64,000 bases of DNA from Eledone cirrhosa (GCA_964016885.1 OZ024741.1:275094001-275158000), one strand, 5' to 3'. Counted from the stretch's first letter, positions 1 to 12,750 are shown. Program-made: numbers and translations. Notes: generated from the letters alone by a model not told the origin.

Positions 1-1828
1 CACCACCAACACTAACATACCTCAATCACCGCGACTCCAACACCACCACCACCGCGACTCCAACACCACCACCACCACTAACACCATCTCCACCATCACC
101 ACAACCATCACCATCACCACCACCATCACCACCACCAACACTAACATACCTCAATCACCGCGACTCCACCACCACCACCACCACCACCACTAACACCATC
201 TCCACCACCAACACTAACATACCTCAATCACCGCGACTCCACCACCACCACTAACACCAACACCACCACCAACACCACCACCAACACCACCACCAACACT
301 AACATACCTCAATCACCGCGACTCCACCACCACCATCACCACCACCACCACCACCACTAACACCATCTCCACCACCAACACTAACATACCTCAATCACCG
401 CGACTCCACCACCACCACTAACACCAACACCACCACCAACACCACCACCAACACTAACATACCTCAATCACCGCGACTCCACCACCACCATCACCACCAC
501 CACCACCACCACTAACACCATCTCCACCACCAACACTAACATACCTCAATCACCGCGACTCCACCACCACCACTAACACCAACACCACCACCAACACCAC
601 CACCAACACTAACATACCTCAATCACCGCGACTCCACCACCACCATCACCACCACCACCACCACCACTAACACCATCTCCACCACCAACACTAACATACC
701 TCAATCACCGCGACTCCACCACCACCATCACCACCACCACCACCACCACTAACACCACCACCACCACTAACACCACCACCAACACCACCACCAACACTAA
801 CATACCTCAATCACCGCGACTCCAACACCACCACCACCACCACCACTAACACCAACACCACCACCAACACCACCACCAACACTAACATACCTCAATCACC
901 GCGACTCCACCACCACCACCACCACCACCACTAACACCATCACACCACCAACACTAACATACCTCAATCACCGCGACTCCACCACCACCACTAACACCAA
1001 CACCACCACCCAACACCACCACCAACACTAACATACCTCAATCACCGCGACTCCACCACCACCATCACCACCACCACTAACACCATCTCCACCACCAACA
1101 CCACCACCAACACTAACATACCTCAATCACCGCGACTCCACCACCACCACTAACACCAACACCACCACCAACACCACCACCAACACTAACATACCTCAAA
1201 TCACCGCGACTCCAACACCACCACCACCACCACCACTAACACCAACACCACCACCAACACCACCACCAACACTAACATACCTCAATCACCGCGACTCCAA
1301 CACCACCACCACCACCACCACTAACACCAACACCACCACCAACACCACCACCAACACTAACATACCTCAATCACCGCGACTCCACCACCACCACTAACAC
1401 CAACACCACCACCAACACCACCACCAACACTAACATACCTCAATCACCGCGACTCCAACACCACACCCACCACCACCACTAACACCAACACCAACCACCA
1501 ACACCACCACCAACACTAACATACCCTCAATCACCGCGACTCCACCACCACCACTAACACCAACACCACCACCAACACCACCACCAACACTAACATACCT
1601 CAATCACCGCGACTCCAACACCACCACCACCACCACCACTAACACCAACACCACCACCAACACCACCACCAACACTAACATACCTCAATCACCGCGACTC
1701 CAACACCACCACCACCACCACCACTAACACCAACACCACCACCAACACCACCACCAACACTAACATACCTCAATCACCGCGACTCCAACACCACCACCAC
1801 CACCACTAACGCCATCTCCACCATCTCC
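1..1828. repeat. Minisatellite, ~22 copies, period mostly 73-85 bp, on an (ACC)n scaffold
   Basis: Near-invariant anchor CTAACATACCTCAATCACCGCGACTCC recurs with variable ACC/AAC spacers; runs off the window start. Confidence 0.95.
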
Positions 1829-2007
1829 ATTTTTTTGTCATTATGAAATTCTAAACATTTTTTTAAATTTTTGACAATTTAAAGGAGAGAAGTCATTATT
1901 ATTGGATTAAGAAAGCATTTAAAGGAGATTTATTATTCACAGTTATATAAATAATATTACGAATCACAAAGTTGGCTTAAAAACTGGGGAGCTGGAATGG
2001 TTCTTAC

Positions 2008-2098
2008 ACTGCGTCTCCCGCCCCATCCTCCGGGGGTAACGTCTTCTCTATTCTGTCCGCCTGAGGCGTGGGGTGGCCAGCGAATGGGCTCTCGTTTT
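2008..2098 (-). other. Candidate internal exon (91 bp), function unknown
   Basis: Unique GC-richer sequence; minus-strand pyrimidine tract ...ctctcgctattataAG and donor GTAAGA; open frame NESPFAGHPTPQADRIEKTLPPEDGAGDA. Confidence 0.25.
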
Positions 2099-2149
2099 CT
2101 TATAATAGCGAGAGATGGTGAGAGCGAGAGAGGCAGAGGCAGTGACAGC

Positions 2150-2535
2150 GGGAACAGTATCGGTAGAGGGTCGGACGCCATGCTTTCTAGCATAGTTATG
2201 TCCCTTTATGATCTGAGTTCAAATCCCACCGAGGTTAACTTTGCCTTTCATCCTTACGGGGTCGATAAAATAAAGTACCAGTAATGTACTGGGTAATTGC
2301 TGGCCTTGTGCCAAACGTAGAAACAATTATGTTCAGACTAATATGCGGTGGATTGGCAGTATCGGTAGAGGGTCGAACGCCATGCTTTGACGCATAGAGT
2401 TACGGCCCTTATTATTCTGAGTTCAAATCCCGCCGAGGTTAACTTTGCCTTTCATCCTTTCAGGGTCGATAAAATAAAGTACCAGTAATCTACTGGGTAA
2501 TTGATGGCCTTGTGCCAAAAGTAGAAACAATTATG
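2150..2535 (+). mobile_element. Two tandem tRNA-derived SINE copies (MetaSINE-like core)
   Basis: B-box GAGTTCAAATCC, core GCCTTTCATCCTTACGGGGTCGATAAAATAAAGTACCAGT; second copy flanked by TSD ATGTTCAGACTAATAT (2329-2344, 2533-2548). Confidence 0.9.
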
Positions 2536-2541
2536 TTCAGA

Positions 2542-2591
<50 letters not shown>

Positions 2592-2649
2592 TTGAAATAA
2601 AATGAAAACGAAATTTCATTTCTCACTCTTAGTACGGCACTTACTTAAA

Positions 2650-2703
2650 TGTAAGTATGTGTGTATACGTACATACATATATGTATACAGACGTACAGTA
2701 GCA

Positions 2704-2743
<40 letters not shown>

Positions 2744-2793
2744 TGCTACTGTACGTCTGTATACATATATGTATGTACGTATACACACATACT

Positions 2794-2800
<7 letters not shown>
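2650..2800. repeat. Fold-back palindrome centred on (TA)n
   Basis: ~57-bp arms TGTAAGTATG...GTAGCATGCA / TGCATGCTAC...CATACTTACA; same family without fold-back at 39361-39480. Confidence 0.85.
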
Positions 2801-2856
<56 letters not shown>

Positions 2857-2935
2857 TAAGTTTTTCCGTCGGAAAGGTCCAGGAAAAAAGAGTGCTCGTC
2901 ATGTGTGTGCATGTATATATATGTATGTATATATG

Positions 2936-2967
<32 letters not shown>

Positions 2968-3183
2968 AGTGTCTCTGTATATATGTGTGTATGTGTGCGT
3001 GTATTTATTTATATATGTGTCTGTATATGTGAGTGTGTGCGTGTGTGTTGTTATATATTCTTATTTATTATTCTCCCCCCCCCCCCCCCACACACACACA
3101 CCTTTTTTTTCCTCCAGCCTCACTTTCATATCTTATATTTTTGTTTTTTTAAATCCACTGTCAATAAAGACACCAGGATTTTT

Positions 3184-3243
3184 TTTCATTCTGATGAATG
3201 AAAGCAATTTTAGTTGCTTTCAAGAAACCACTGGTAAATGAAA
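3184..3243 (+). ncRNA. Type I hammerhead ribozyme motif
   Basis: TTTCATT-CTGATGA-a TGAAAGCAA..TTGCTTTCA a-GAAA-CCACTGG-TA|AATGAAA; 7-bp stem I, GUA site. Confidence 0.85.
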
Positions 3244-3268
3244 TAATTATTTTATGTTGTTTATTACA

Positions 3269-3375
<107 letters not shown>

Positions 3376-3502
3376 TCCAGTCAAACTTTGAGCAAGAAAG
3401 ATGGGAAAAAAACTTACTCCAACATTTGATTTTAATTTTAAATCTTTAATTTTTTAGTTTTTAACTCCTATTAATTCTTTTTAATTTTTTATTTCAATAC
3501 TC

Positions 3503-3550
3503 AACATTTGATAAGATGAATATTAATAATACATCGAAACCGGTAATACT
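3503..3550 (+). ncRNA. Hammerhead motif with U3-A8 core variant
   Basis: TTGATAA-GATGAAT..ATACATC-GAAA-CCGG-TA; weak stem I. Confidence 0.55.
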
Positions 3551-3712
3551 TTATATATTTTATATACATTATAAAAATGTTTTTTAAAAGAATTGTCCCT
3601 CTCATTTTTTCAATAATGTCATCTTTTCAATAATGTCACTTTGAAGAAAGGATAAAAAAAAGAAAATCAGACCCTTAAATATATTTCCCGTGCTATTTCC
3701 AACTTCACCTTT

Positions 3713-3750
<38 letters not shown>

Positions 3751-3810
3751 ATTATTTACCACATTACATAAATATGAAAAAGAAAGATAATGGTTTCTTA
3801 AATAGACACG

Positions 3811-3913
3811 AAGTTAAACTCGGCGGGATTTGAACTCAGATCATAAAGGGCCGTAATTCTATGCTGCAAAGCACGGCGTCCGACGCCCTACCGATACTGC
3901 CAATCCGCTGCCC
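3811..3913 (-). mobile_element. SINE 5' part
   Basis: Reverse complement of the SINE head (GGATTTGAACTCAG). Confidence 0.85.
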
Positions 3914-4317
3914 TTTTGATAAAAGAAAGATAATAAAATTAAATAAATTTGAAATCAAAATCATATTTTAATATAAACTTTGTATTTGTGAGTGAATAAA
4001 TAATACTAATATAATAATAAAATTATTGATTTCTGTTTGTTTGCAAGTAAAGAGCCTCATTAACACCATGTGTGTTTTCTAGATGACTACGTCATCCTTT
4101 TTTTTTCAAGCAGGAGCTGAGAGAAAACTGTCGATAATTGTTTCGGAGTTGTTGCTCTTTATCGAGACTGTGTATCCTCGTCTCTGCTACCTGCTGGAAC
4201 TGCTGAGAATACATATCAACTTCTACGACACTAAACTATTTCTTTTAAAGTTTTTACATTTATCTAAATCTTTCCATATTTTTATACAATATATATATAA
4301 TTACAACAGTGACATAA

Positions 4318-4367
4318 ACAGGTACTTAAGTTTCGTTGGGTTCTGGACCCTAACTCATTCAGCCTGT
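4318..4367 (-). ncRNA. Hammerhead motif with 8-nt core CUGAAUGA; inverted copy on + at 4411-4460
   Basis: rc: ACAGG-CTGAATGA-GTTAGGGTCCAGAACCCAAC-GAAA-CTTAAG-TA|CCTGT. Confidence 0.75.
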
Positions 4368-4542
4368 TCTTTTGTGTGTGTGTGTGTGTGTGTGTGTTTT
4401 AGTTTTCTTGACTGGCTGAATGAGTTAGGGTCTAGAACCCAACGAAACTGAAATACCTGTTTATGTCACTTTGTAATTATTTATACTAAACTCATCCTAT
4501 GGACTGAGTGCTCTTATCCTTGGATATTTCTACCAAACTTTT

Positions 4543-4657
<115 letters not shown>

Positions 4658-5029
4658 AGGTCTGGTCTGGGATTTTCTCGATCGTTAAACATATTAAAGT
4701 TATTTTCTGCGCTTGAAACTCTCTCATTTTCAAATTTTAATATAATTTTTTTACCCCTTTAGAGGATAACTAAAAATGACAGTTTTACGAGCAGCTACTA
4801 ATGTGTATACTCCCCCCCCTCCCCACCTCACCTACTTTCCTCCCTCGTCGCATCATGTCTTGCAGTGTCCCTCTTGAGTGTCCCAGCATCCCCACCCCTA
4901 AGTGGGAAAGAGGGGGTAGGTAGCACCCACTTTGGTAGTCACTGGTCTATGTAGTATTAGGATTAAATGTTTCCTTTAAGAAACCCTACATCTAATGAAT
5001 GTCCGGGGGTGGTTTAGTGCTAGGTAGTT

Positions 5030-5800
5030 GTGGTGGAGGGGGGATGGGTAGTGATGGTGGCGGTGGTGATGGTGGTGGTGGTGATGGTGGTAGTGGTGGT
5101 GGTGGGAGTGATGGTGATGTTGGTGGTGGTAGTGGCTGTAGTAATGATGGTGGTGGTAGTGGTGATGGTGGTGGAAGGGGGGGGGGGGGCTAGTGATGGT
5201 GGCGGTGGTGATGGTGGTGGTGGTGGTGGTGGTGGTAGTGATGGTGATGTTGGTGGTGGTAGTGGCTGTAATAATGATGGTGGTGGTAGTGGTGGTGGTG
5301 ATAATAGCAGCTAGGTGGTGGTGATGATGGTAGTGGTGGTGGTGGTGGTGATGGTGGTAGTGGAGGTGGTGGTGGTGGTGGTGATGGTGATGGTGGTGGT
5401 GGTAGTGGTTGTAGTAATGATGGTGGTGGTGGTGATAATGGCAGCTAGGTGGTGGTGATGGTGGTAATAGTGGTGATGATGGTAGTGGTGGTGATGGTGA
5501 TGGTGGTGGTGGTAGTGGTTGTAGTAATGATGGTGGTGATAATGGCAGCTAGGTGGTGGTGATGGTGGTAGTAGTGGTGATGATGGTAGTGGTGGTGGTG
5601 GTGATGATGGTGATGGCGATGGTGGTGGTGGTGGTAGTGGTTGTAGTAATGATGGTGGTGGTGGTGATAATGGCAGCTAGGTGGTGGTGATGGTGGTAGT
5701 AGTGGTGGTGGTGATGGTGGTAGTGGAGGTGGTGGTGGTGGTGGTGGTGGTGGTAGTGATGGTGGTGGTGGTGATAATGGCAGCTAGGTGGTGGTGAGAT
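5030..5800. repeat. Degenerate (GGT/GAT)n low-complexity tract with ~100-bp higher-order unit
   Basis: Recurrent GATAATGGCAGCTAGGTGG anchor. Confidence 0.9.
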
Positions 5801-5854
5801 AGTAGGTAACTCCCAAATCAATGAGTCAACTCAGGAAGATTCTATCTTAATTAG

Positions 5855-5960
5855 TAATTGTTTCTACTTTAGGCACAAGGCCAGCAATTACCCCAGTGCA
5901 TTACTGGTACTTTATTTTATCGACCCCGTAAGGATGAAAGGCAAAGTCAACCTCGGCGGG
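5855..5960 (-). mobile_element. SINE 3' part
   Basis: ACTGGTACTTTATTTTATCGACCCCGTAAGGATGAAAGGC. Confidence 0.85.
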
Positions 5961-5999
5961 ATGGTATTTCTGGTGTTGTCTATTGTATTGTCTAGTGTT

Positions 6000-6197
6000 G
6001 GACACACAGACAGATAAACAGATGAACAGATGGACAGACATACAGACACACAGACAGACAGACATATGGACAGACAGACAGATGGACAGACAGACAGACA
6101 GACAGACAGACACACTGAAAGACAGATGGACAGAGAGACAGATACACAGACAGACAGACAGACAGATACACTGACAGACAGATGGACAGACAGACAC

Positions 6198-6271
<74 letters not shown>

Positions 6272-6322
6272 GGACAGACACACACACAGACAGACTGACG
6301 GACAGGCACGCAGACAGACAGA
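6000..6322. repeat. (GACA)n microsatellite
   Basis: Direct reading. Confidence 0.95.
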
Positions 6323-6372
6323 TACTATTGTGGTACTATTATGTTTCCTCCTACAGGAGGAAACATAATAGT

Positions 6373-6414
6373 ACCACTGATGATGTTGCAGATGTGCAAC
6401 GAAAGAACTTTGTT
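6373..6414 (+). ncRNA. Hammerhead motif preceded by a perfect 21-bp fold-back hairpin (6331-6376)
   Basis: ACCA-CTGATGA-tGTTGCAgatgTGCAAC-GAAA-GAAC-TT|TGTT. Confidence 0.7.
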
Positions 6415-6697
6415 AGACTATATATATATTTATATCTGTATTTTTAATCACTGGTCAATCAATGATAAACATTGATTGCCAAATAAATTAACTATGGAGA
6501 TATAAAAGATACAGAAGCGAAAACCAACCAAACAGTGAGTGTGTTCTGTTATCATTTCTGGCAATATGACCCTCCCCAAGTATAACAATATATATATATA
6601 TTGTACCCCTTCCACCGTTCCCCCCCCCCTATTTTTTTCTAAATATCTCTCCCCCACTCCCCTACACACCCTTGGAACTCTCTTCCCACACACTTTT

Positions 6698-6731
6698 CGC
6701 CTGAAGAAGGGCTTATGCCCGAAACGTCGCT
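6698..6731 (+). ncRNA. Minimal PLE-type hammerhead motif
   Basis: GC-CTGAAGA-aGGGCttatGCCC-GAAAC-GTC|GC. Confidence 0.8.
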
Positions 6732-6806
6732 CCCCCACTCTCAAGAGCGTGAAACTAATAAACCTTTGTTCGTACTGCCTCTCTGTTTTGTTCCCATTCC
6801 ATTTTT

Positions 6807-6899
<93 letters not shown>

Positions 6900-7300
6900 C
6901 TTTTTCCTTATCAATGGCTGATAATACCTTACCGGCGCCACTCGAGTAAGGTAATTATTAACCCATAAATAGGGCCCTAACAAGTACAACTGCTTTGGGC
7001 CAGAGCAGACCTGGGAGTGATCACAACTAAGGGGTAACTCCTCGTTCCCCACAGCTCCTGAACTCCCGAGCTAGAGCCTTGCTACTGGATACAGTTTAAT
7101 GTCATACCCAGGACAATATATATATATAAACAATTGTTCTCGGTATGGTGAACTAACTGTTGTATAACCACTTCTACCTAACTCATCCCATATATATATA
7201 TAGTGGTAGAACACTGGAAGGTAATATCCGTAGTGGTAGAGCACTCAGTCCATGGGATGAGTTAGGTAGAAGTGGTTACACAACAGTTAGTTCACCATAC

Positions 7301-7338
7301 CGAGAACAATTGTTTCACCTTAGCAGATCCTCAGCTCG
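7301..7338 (-). ncRNA. Hammerhead motif in inverted PLE terminal repeat; sense copy at 8097-8134
   Basis: rc: CGAG-CTGAGGA-TCTGCTAAGGT-GAAA-CAATTG-TT|CTCG; palindromic stem III. Confidence 0.7.
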
Positions 7339-7378
7339 TGTCCTACACAACTTTGTTTTGTTTCTCATCAACGTCAGT

Positions 7379-8070
7379 ATGGATTTATACAAACTGGATT
7401 ACTCCCTGAAGAACATTCCCACTCCCTCCAACCATGTTTACCAAAAGCTTCTCCTACAAAAAGCGGAAGATGTCGTCAGACGCTTAAGATGGCGAGCCCT
7501 AACTTTTGACGGCAAAATTACAGGCACCAGTAACACCTTCAACCTGAAATCGAGAGCCTGCCCTCTTAAGGTAACTGAACTTGCTCCTTTCAAGGCGCAC
7601 CTTCTTGACTAAGTCGCTAACATTTCCTTTCGCAAACACCCTAACACCTTTCAAACTAAACTTAGAAATGATATTAAGAAGTATAGGTCTTCTAATAACA
7701 CTTTCGTTCTTTCCGACAAAACCAATAATGTTTTCGAAGTCGACAGCACTACTTACAGCCACTTGGCCCATAACGCTATTACTTCCAAATATAAGAAAGC
7801 TAACACTGTGGCCTACCACAACATTAATACAGAAGCCAAAGAACTTGCTGCCGCTCTTAAGGTAGATAAGAAACTACAATCTCTAGCTAAGCGGGAGGCG
7901 TTCCTCACCCTGAAAGATCACAAGGTAGACTTTACTTCTAACCCCACATGTAGACTACTAAACCCGGCACGCGCAGATATGGAACTAGTCAGTAAGGCCA
8001 TACTTAGAAACATAGTTAAGACCATTAGGACAAGTCCAACCTGTCCCAGTGGAAGAACAGCGACTCCGTA
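7379..8070 (+). pseudogene. Penelope-like element, N-terminal ORF fragment (stop, truncated)
   Basis: MDLYKLDYSLKNIPTP..KAEDVVRRLRWRA, DKTNN, AFLTLKDHK..F..NPTCRLLNP; homologous to 8600-9300. Confidence 0.85.
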
Positions 8071-8162
8071 ATTAAGAAAAAAAAAAAAGCCCATTGCGAC
8101 CTGAGGATCCGCTAAGGTGAAACAATTGTTCTCGGTATGGTGAACTAACTGTTGTGTAACCA

Positions 8163-8210
<48 letters not shown>

Positions 8211-8215
8211 GTGTG

Positions 8216-8500
8216 TGTAAATAAGGAGAAAAAGACGATTACTAGGAAGAAAAATATTTTTTTTTCCTTTTATTTTTTTCTCTTTTTTCTGGGTTAGAAA
8301 AGGTTTAAAACAAAATATTTTACTTTGTGTGAAGTGTTAAGGTATTAGTTAATTAATAAATAAATTAACTAATACCTTAACACTTCACACAAACTAAAAT
8401 ATTTTGTTTTAAACATTTTCTAACCCAGAAAAAAGAGTAAAAAATAAAAGGAAAAAATATATTTTTCTTCCTAATAATCGTCTTTTTCTCCTTATTTACA
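8216..8500. repeat. Fold-back palindrome, ~138-bp arms, flanked by (TA)n
   Basis: TGTAAATAAGGAGAAAAAGACGATT...TATTAGTTAATT / AATTAACTAATA...AATCGTCTTTTTCTCCTTATTTACA. Confidence 0.9.
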
Positions 8501-8540
8501 TATATATATATATATTCAAACTCGTGTGCTCCTTCTCCAC

Positions 8541-8599
<59 letters not shown>

Positions 8600-8604
<5 letters not shown>

Positions 8605-10830
8605 GGATTTCTTCTTCTCTAAAAGATGTACCCTTACCTAAAAATAAGGAATATCTAAAACAACTCATAGAGAAATCTGACTCCTTTATACGAAGACTTA
8701 GATGGCGTGCTTTCCATTTTGATTTTAAAAAATCGGAAGACAAAATAAATAAATCCAGTTACAACTTCGATCTTATCTTCAAATCTAAGAAGAATCCACC
8801 TAGCAACAAACTACTAACCGAATTTTAAAATGAAGTAATCTCTATTATACAAAACATTAAATTCAAAAGAAACCAATTTATCGGCCAGGAGTACCTTAAA
8901 GGCCTCAAGAATAAAATAGACAATCTAGAAAAAAACAAAGAAGATCCTGGTAAAATCTGACAAAACAAATAATTTATATGGTATGGAAAAGAACGAATAT
9001 AATAACCTTATATTGAAAGAACTCAGGAAAAACTACAAAATAACATCAAATGAAGATCTTTCGACGTTAAATAGGGAAGCTTCGGAAATTATTTATAAAT
9101 TAGGCATTCAAAATAGGACTGAACCCTTTATACCTAGAAAACCGAAAATTAACCTGAAGGACCACAAAAGAAATTTTAACAATTTAAAATTTTAAAATTG
9201 AACTACCAGTCAGACTCATCGCACCATCTAAATCTGACTTAGGCATAATTAGCAAGCATATATTAAATAGAATTATACCACTACTTAAAGAAAAATCAGA
9301 CCTTAAACTATGGAACGGTACTAATGAAGTTATAGATTGGTTTAATAACATAAATTTAAACATAAGAAAAAATACATTCAAATGGATATTGCAAATTACT
9401 ACTCCTCTATTACCCCTAGCTTACTTAATAAGGCACTTATCTACGTTTCTAAACATACAGACCTATCTGGAGAAGAAATGAATATAATTCTAACAGCACG
9501 TAAAACCCTAACAGAATTTAATAATCATTTTCCTTAAACAATTTTGATATCACTATGGGATCATCTGACTCGGCGCAAGTAACGGAACTTGCTGGATTAT
9601 TTATTAATAATGTACTGCATAGGAAAATGCCAGAGATGACCGGGGGTTTATATCGCGACGATATGTTACTTTAACTTGAAAACCATAGCAATAGTGAAAT
9701 TAATAGGAAAAGGAAATCCATAATACAATTTTTCAATAGCTACAACCTTAATTTAGAAATCGAGAATAATTACAAAATCGTTAACTTCTTAGATGTAACC
9801 TTAAACCTTAGCACAGGTCTTTACTATCCATTCCATAAAATTAACGAAAATCTAAATTACGTAAGTTTCATCCTAGTAATATTAAAAATACTATTATCAA
9901 TAGCGTCCAACAACGGATTTCACGCATCTCTGCTAATAAAAATATTTTTGATGATAAGGCAGAATATTACAATGAAGCTTTACATAGAGCAGGATACTCG
10001 AATCAAATTAAATACATAGATAACAATAACATGACAAATCATCCTAGAATTCATTATAATAACAATAAACAATTTAACTTAAATACTAAACCAAACAAAA
10101 AAACTAGAACTAGAAATATTATTTGGTACTCTCCCCCATTCTCATTAAGCGTTAAAACACCTTTAGCAAAGCTATTTTTTAAAGCACTAGATAAATGTTT
10201 TCCTAAAGCCCGCAGATACCACTCTATTTTTAACAGACACACTATAAAACTATCCTACTCTACTACTATGAACATAGCACAAAATATAAATAGAATTAAT
10301 AATAGAAACTTAAATTTAAACCCTAACCAAACAAACCAAGATAGCAATAATAATATTTCTAACAACAATATTCATAATAATAGTACCGTTCGAATAACAA
10401 CTCCAGAAAATGTAACTGTAGAATTAAATCAAACTGCCCTTTACAAAATAATAGCTTGGACAAAAACGTAATTTATAAATGCACAGTTAAAACTAGAGAC
10501 AAAATATTTAACTATATTGGTGCCACTTCTACAAAATTCAAAGAACGCGGATATAACCATAAACACACATTTAATAGATCCGATAAAAAATCTTCCACTT
10601 TACTTTCACATTTAATTTGGAATTTAAAAGACAACAATATAGACTATTCAATATCTTGGGGAACGATTTCGAAAGCACCTGCATACCGAAATATGGCTTT
10701 CTCAAGATTCTGTAACTTGTGTATCGAGGAGATTTTTATATAACTAACTGTCAAAACTTTATTAATCTTCAAACAGAATTATTTTCTAGTTGCAGACATC
10801 GCCAAAATTCCACTTTCAGAAGTATTTTTA
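8600..10830 (+). pseudogene. Decayed Penelope-like retroelement polyprotein (RT plus C-terminal GIY-YIG endonuclease)
   Basis: SLKDVP..IRRLRWRA; MDIANYYSSI (~9382); FDITMGSSDSAQVTELAGL (~9543); GLYRDD (~9645); NFLDVT; NIIWYSPPFS; CNCR..CPL; VIY..YIG; CNLC; CRH; several frameshifts and stops. Confidence 0.92.
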
Positions 10831-12079
10831 ATTTATGATATTCATTACACTTGACTATATCTTATACACCTTTAAAATGATCCTATTATTTACTGAGTAT
10901 TTTCTTTAAAAATTTAAATCTAAATTTTTTTAAATGATCTTCCTTCTTAATTTTTAATATTTTTACTATTTTTACCTTTTGACATTATTTTCTTAATGAT
11001 ACTCCTCTAAATATATATTTTTTAGATGTAGATTGATAATCTTTAATTGACATTCTGAAAGTTATCCTCTTTACGATAGTTATTCGAAATGCACAATACT
11101 TTTTTCCTCTTCTTTGATCTCCAAACTTTCACACATCTTTCGACTAAATAATATATAATTGAAATTAAGCTCACACAAAATAATATATAATTTTCTTTAT
11201 ATATTTTCTGAGTAAATCATTCATCAAATTTAACGGTTAGCAAACAAGATTGGAGTTATCTTTTCCTTTTCAATCGAGCAAACATAAACATTATAATATA
11301 ATATGTATGATAAACTATATAACTTCGCTAAATTAACAATATTCTGAAAATATTTTCAATGTTGGAACAAAATACTTGAATCTACAAATTGTTCTCCTCT
11401 TACAACTTGAACTACGTGTTTTTTTTTATGTAAAATGCAGAATCAACATCCCTCGTAACTCATATGAGAAATGTAAACAACTAATAATTGTAACTTATTT
11501 CTATTTCTATAATACTTATACATGCACAATTATTAATCTATATAGATATTTATATACTTACAACCTGTTGTAATGTAATAAGATAAAATCTACTTATAAC
11601 CATAATTCTTCATATAATCTAATTGATTAGATATACAATATTATAACTCATAATATAGCTAAAATTTTTAATTCTGGAATCATATTCCACCATTCCTGCA
11701 AATTGTTAATTCCTTTTAAATTAACGTATATACAAGCTCTTCTTTCTTTTTTTTTTTCTTCCTACTCATGCATACATATATCCTAATTATTTAAATTCTG
11801 CATAGCGTCTAAAAATAACGTTTTTTGAGCCCTATACCTCAACCTCATTTGCATACTCATCTTAATAATTTGAAATACCTGACTTTTCTTCTCTTTTCCT
11901 TCACTATCCAGGAAAAACTTGAACCGTTAAGGTATTTTTTCTTGGTTATGTCAATATTTATAAAACAAACTTTGTATTTTATCTGATGAGAGCGTACCAA
12001 AGTTTTGGTACCCTTGAAATATATATAATAGAATAAATATGGTTTTATAAATATAGTTTCCATTTATTTAATATCACTG

Positions 12080-12080
<1 letters not shown>
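10831..12080 (+). mobile_element. AT-rich 3' region / pLTR of the PLE, ending in (TA)n
   Basis: Contiguous with the ORF; terminal ~60 bp also found alone at 15862-15912 and 29345-29420. Confidence 0.65.
11975..12035 (+). ncRNA. Hammerhead motif at PLE 3' end
   Basis: TATTTTAT-CTGATGA-GAGCGTACCAAA gt TTTGGTACCCTT-GAAA-TATATA-TA|ATAGAATA; extended pairing ATATTTATAAAAC/GTTTTATAAATAT. Confidence 0.8.
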
Positions 12081-12144
<64 letters not shown>

Positions 12145-12267
12145 CCTTATCTAGCCCTCTTTGGATTTTAGTCTTCAAATTTATTATTATTACTATATAT
12201 ATATATGGGGTGGTGAGAGAGAGAGAGAGATAGATCGATAGACAGATAGATAGTTAGATAGATAGTT

Positions 12268-12750
12268 AGATTGCAGCAATCCAGCCCCTGAACACGGGTC
12301 CGAAGCCTGCCGCCTCGAGCACCGCATCCAGGTAACGATGGTCAACCCTATCGAAAGCCTTAGACTGATCCAAGTTGATCAGGGCCCCACCGAAGCCGGG
12401 TTTACACCCTACCCTCTCTATGATGTATCGCATGAGGTGGAGGTTGTCGTGTATGGACCTGGTCGGGATTGCGCATGTCTGCGCTTCTCCCACCAGGTTT
12501 TTGACGACAAACGCCAGCCTCTTTGCCAACACCTTGGCCAAAATCTGTAACTCTGTGTTTAGCAGAGTTATGGGCCGGAAGCTGCCTCTGTCATTCCCTT
12601 TATTCTCGTCCTTCCTGACTAGTGTGACTACGCCCCTGGTCACAGAACTGGGAATTCTCCCGTTCAGCTGCCAGTTGCAGTAGACCGCTTCCAGGAGACC
12701 GGAGAACAAGTCCGGCATTGCTACGTAAAATTCGTAGGATAGTCCGTCGA
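12268..12750 (-). mobile_element. Tx1/L1-clade LINE RT fragment flanked by (GATA)n
   Basis: FRPITLLNTELQILAKVLAKRL..QTCAIPTRSIHDNL..LDQSKAFDRVDH. Confidence 0.92.

Noticed and set aside
1-1828. CRISPR-like array (constant repeat with variable spacers)
   Set aside because: Spacers are low-complexity ACC variants rather than unique sequences; eukaryotic context and no cas genes.
4129-4169. Degenerate hammerhead on - strand (TCGATAA...GAAACAATTATC)
   Set aside because: Several core mismatches; not counted.
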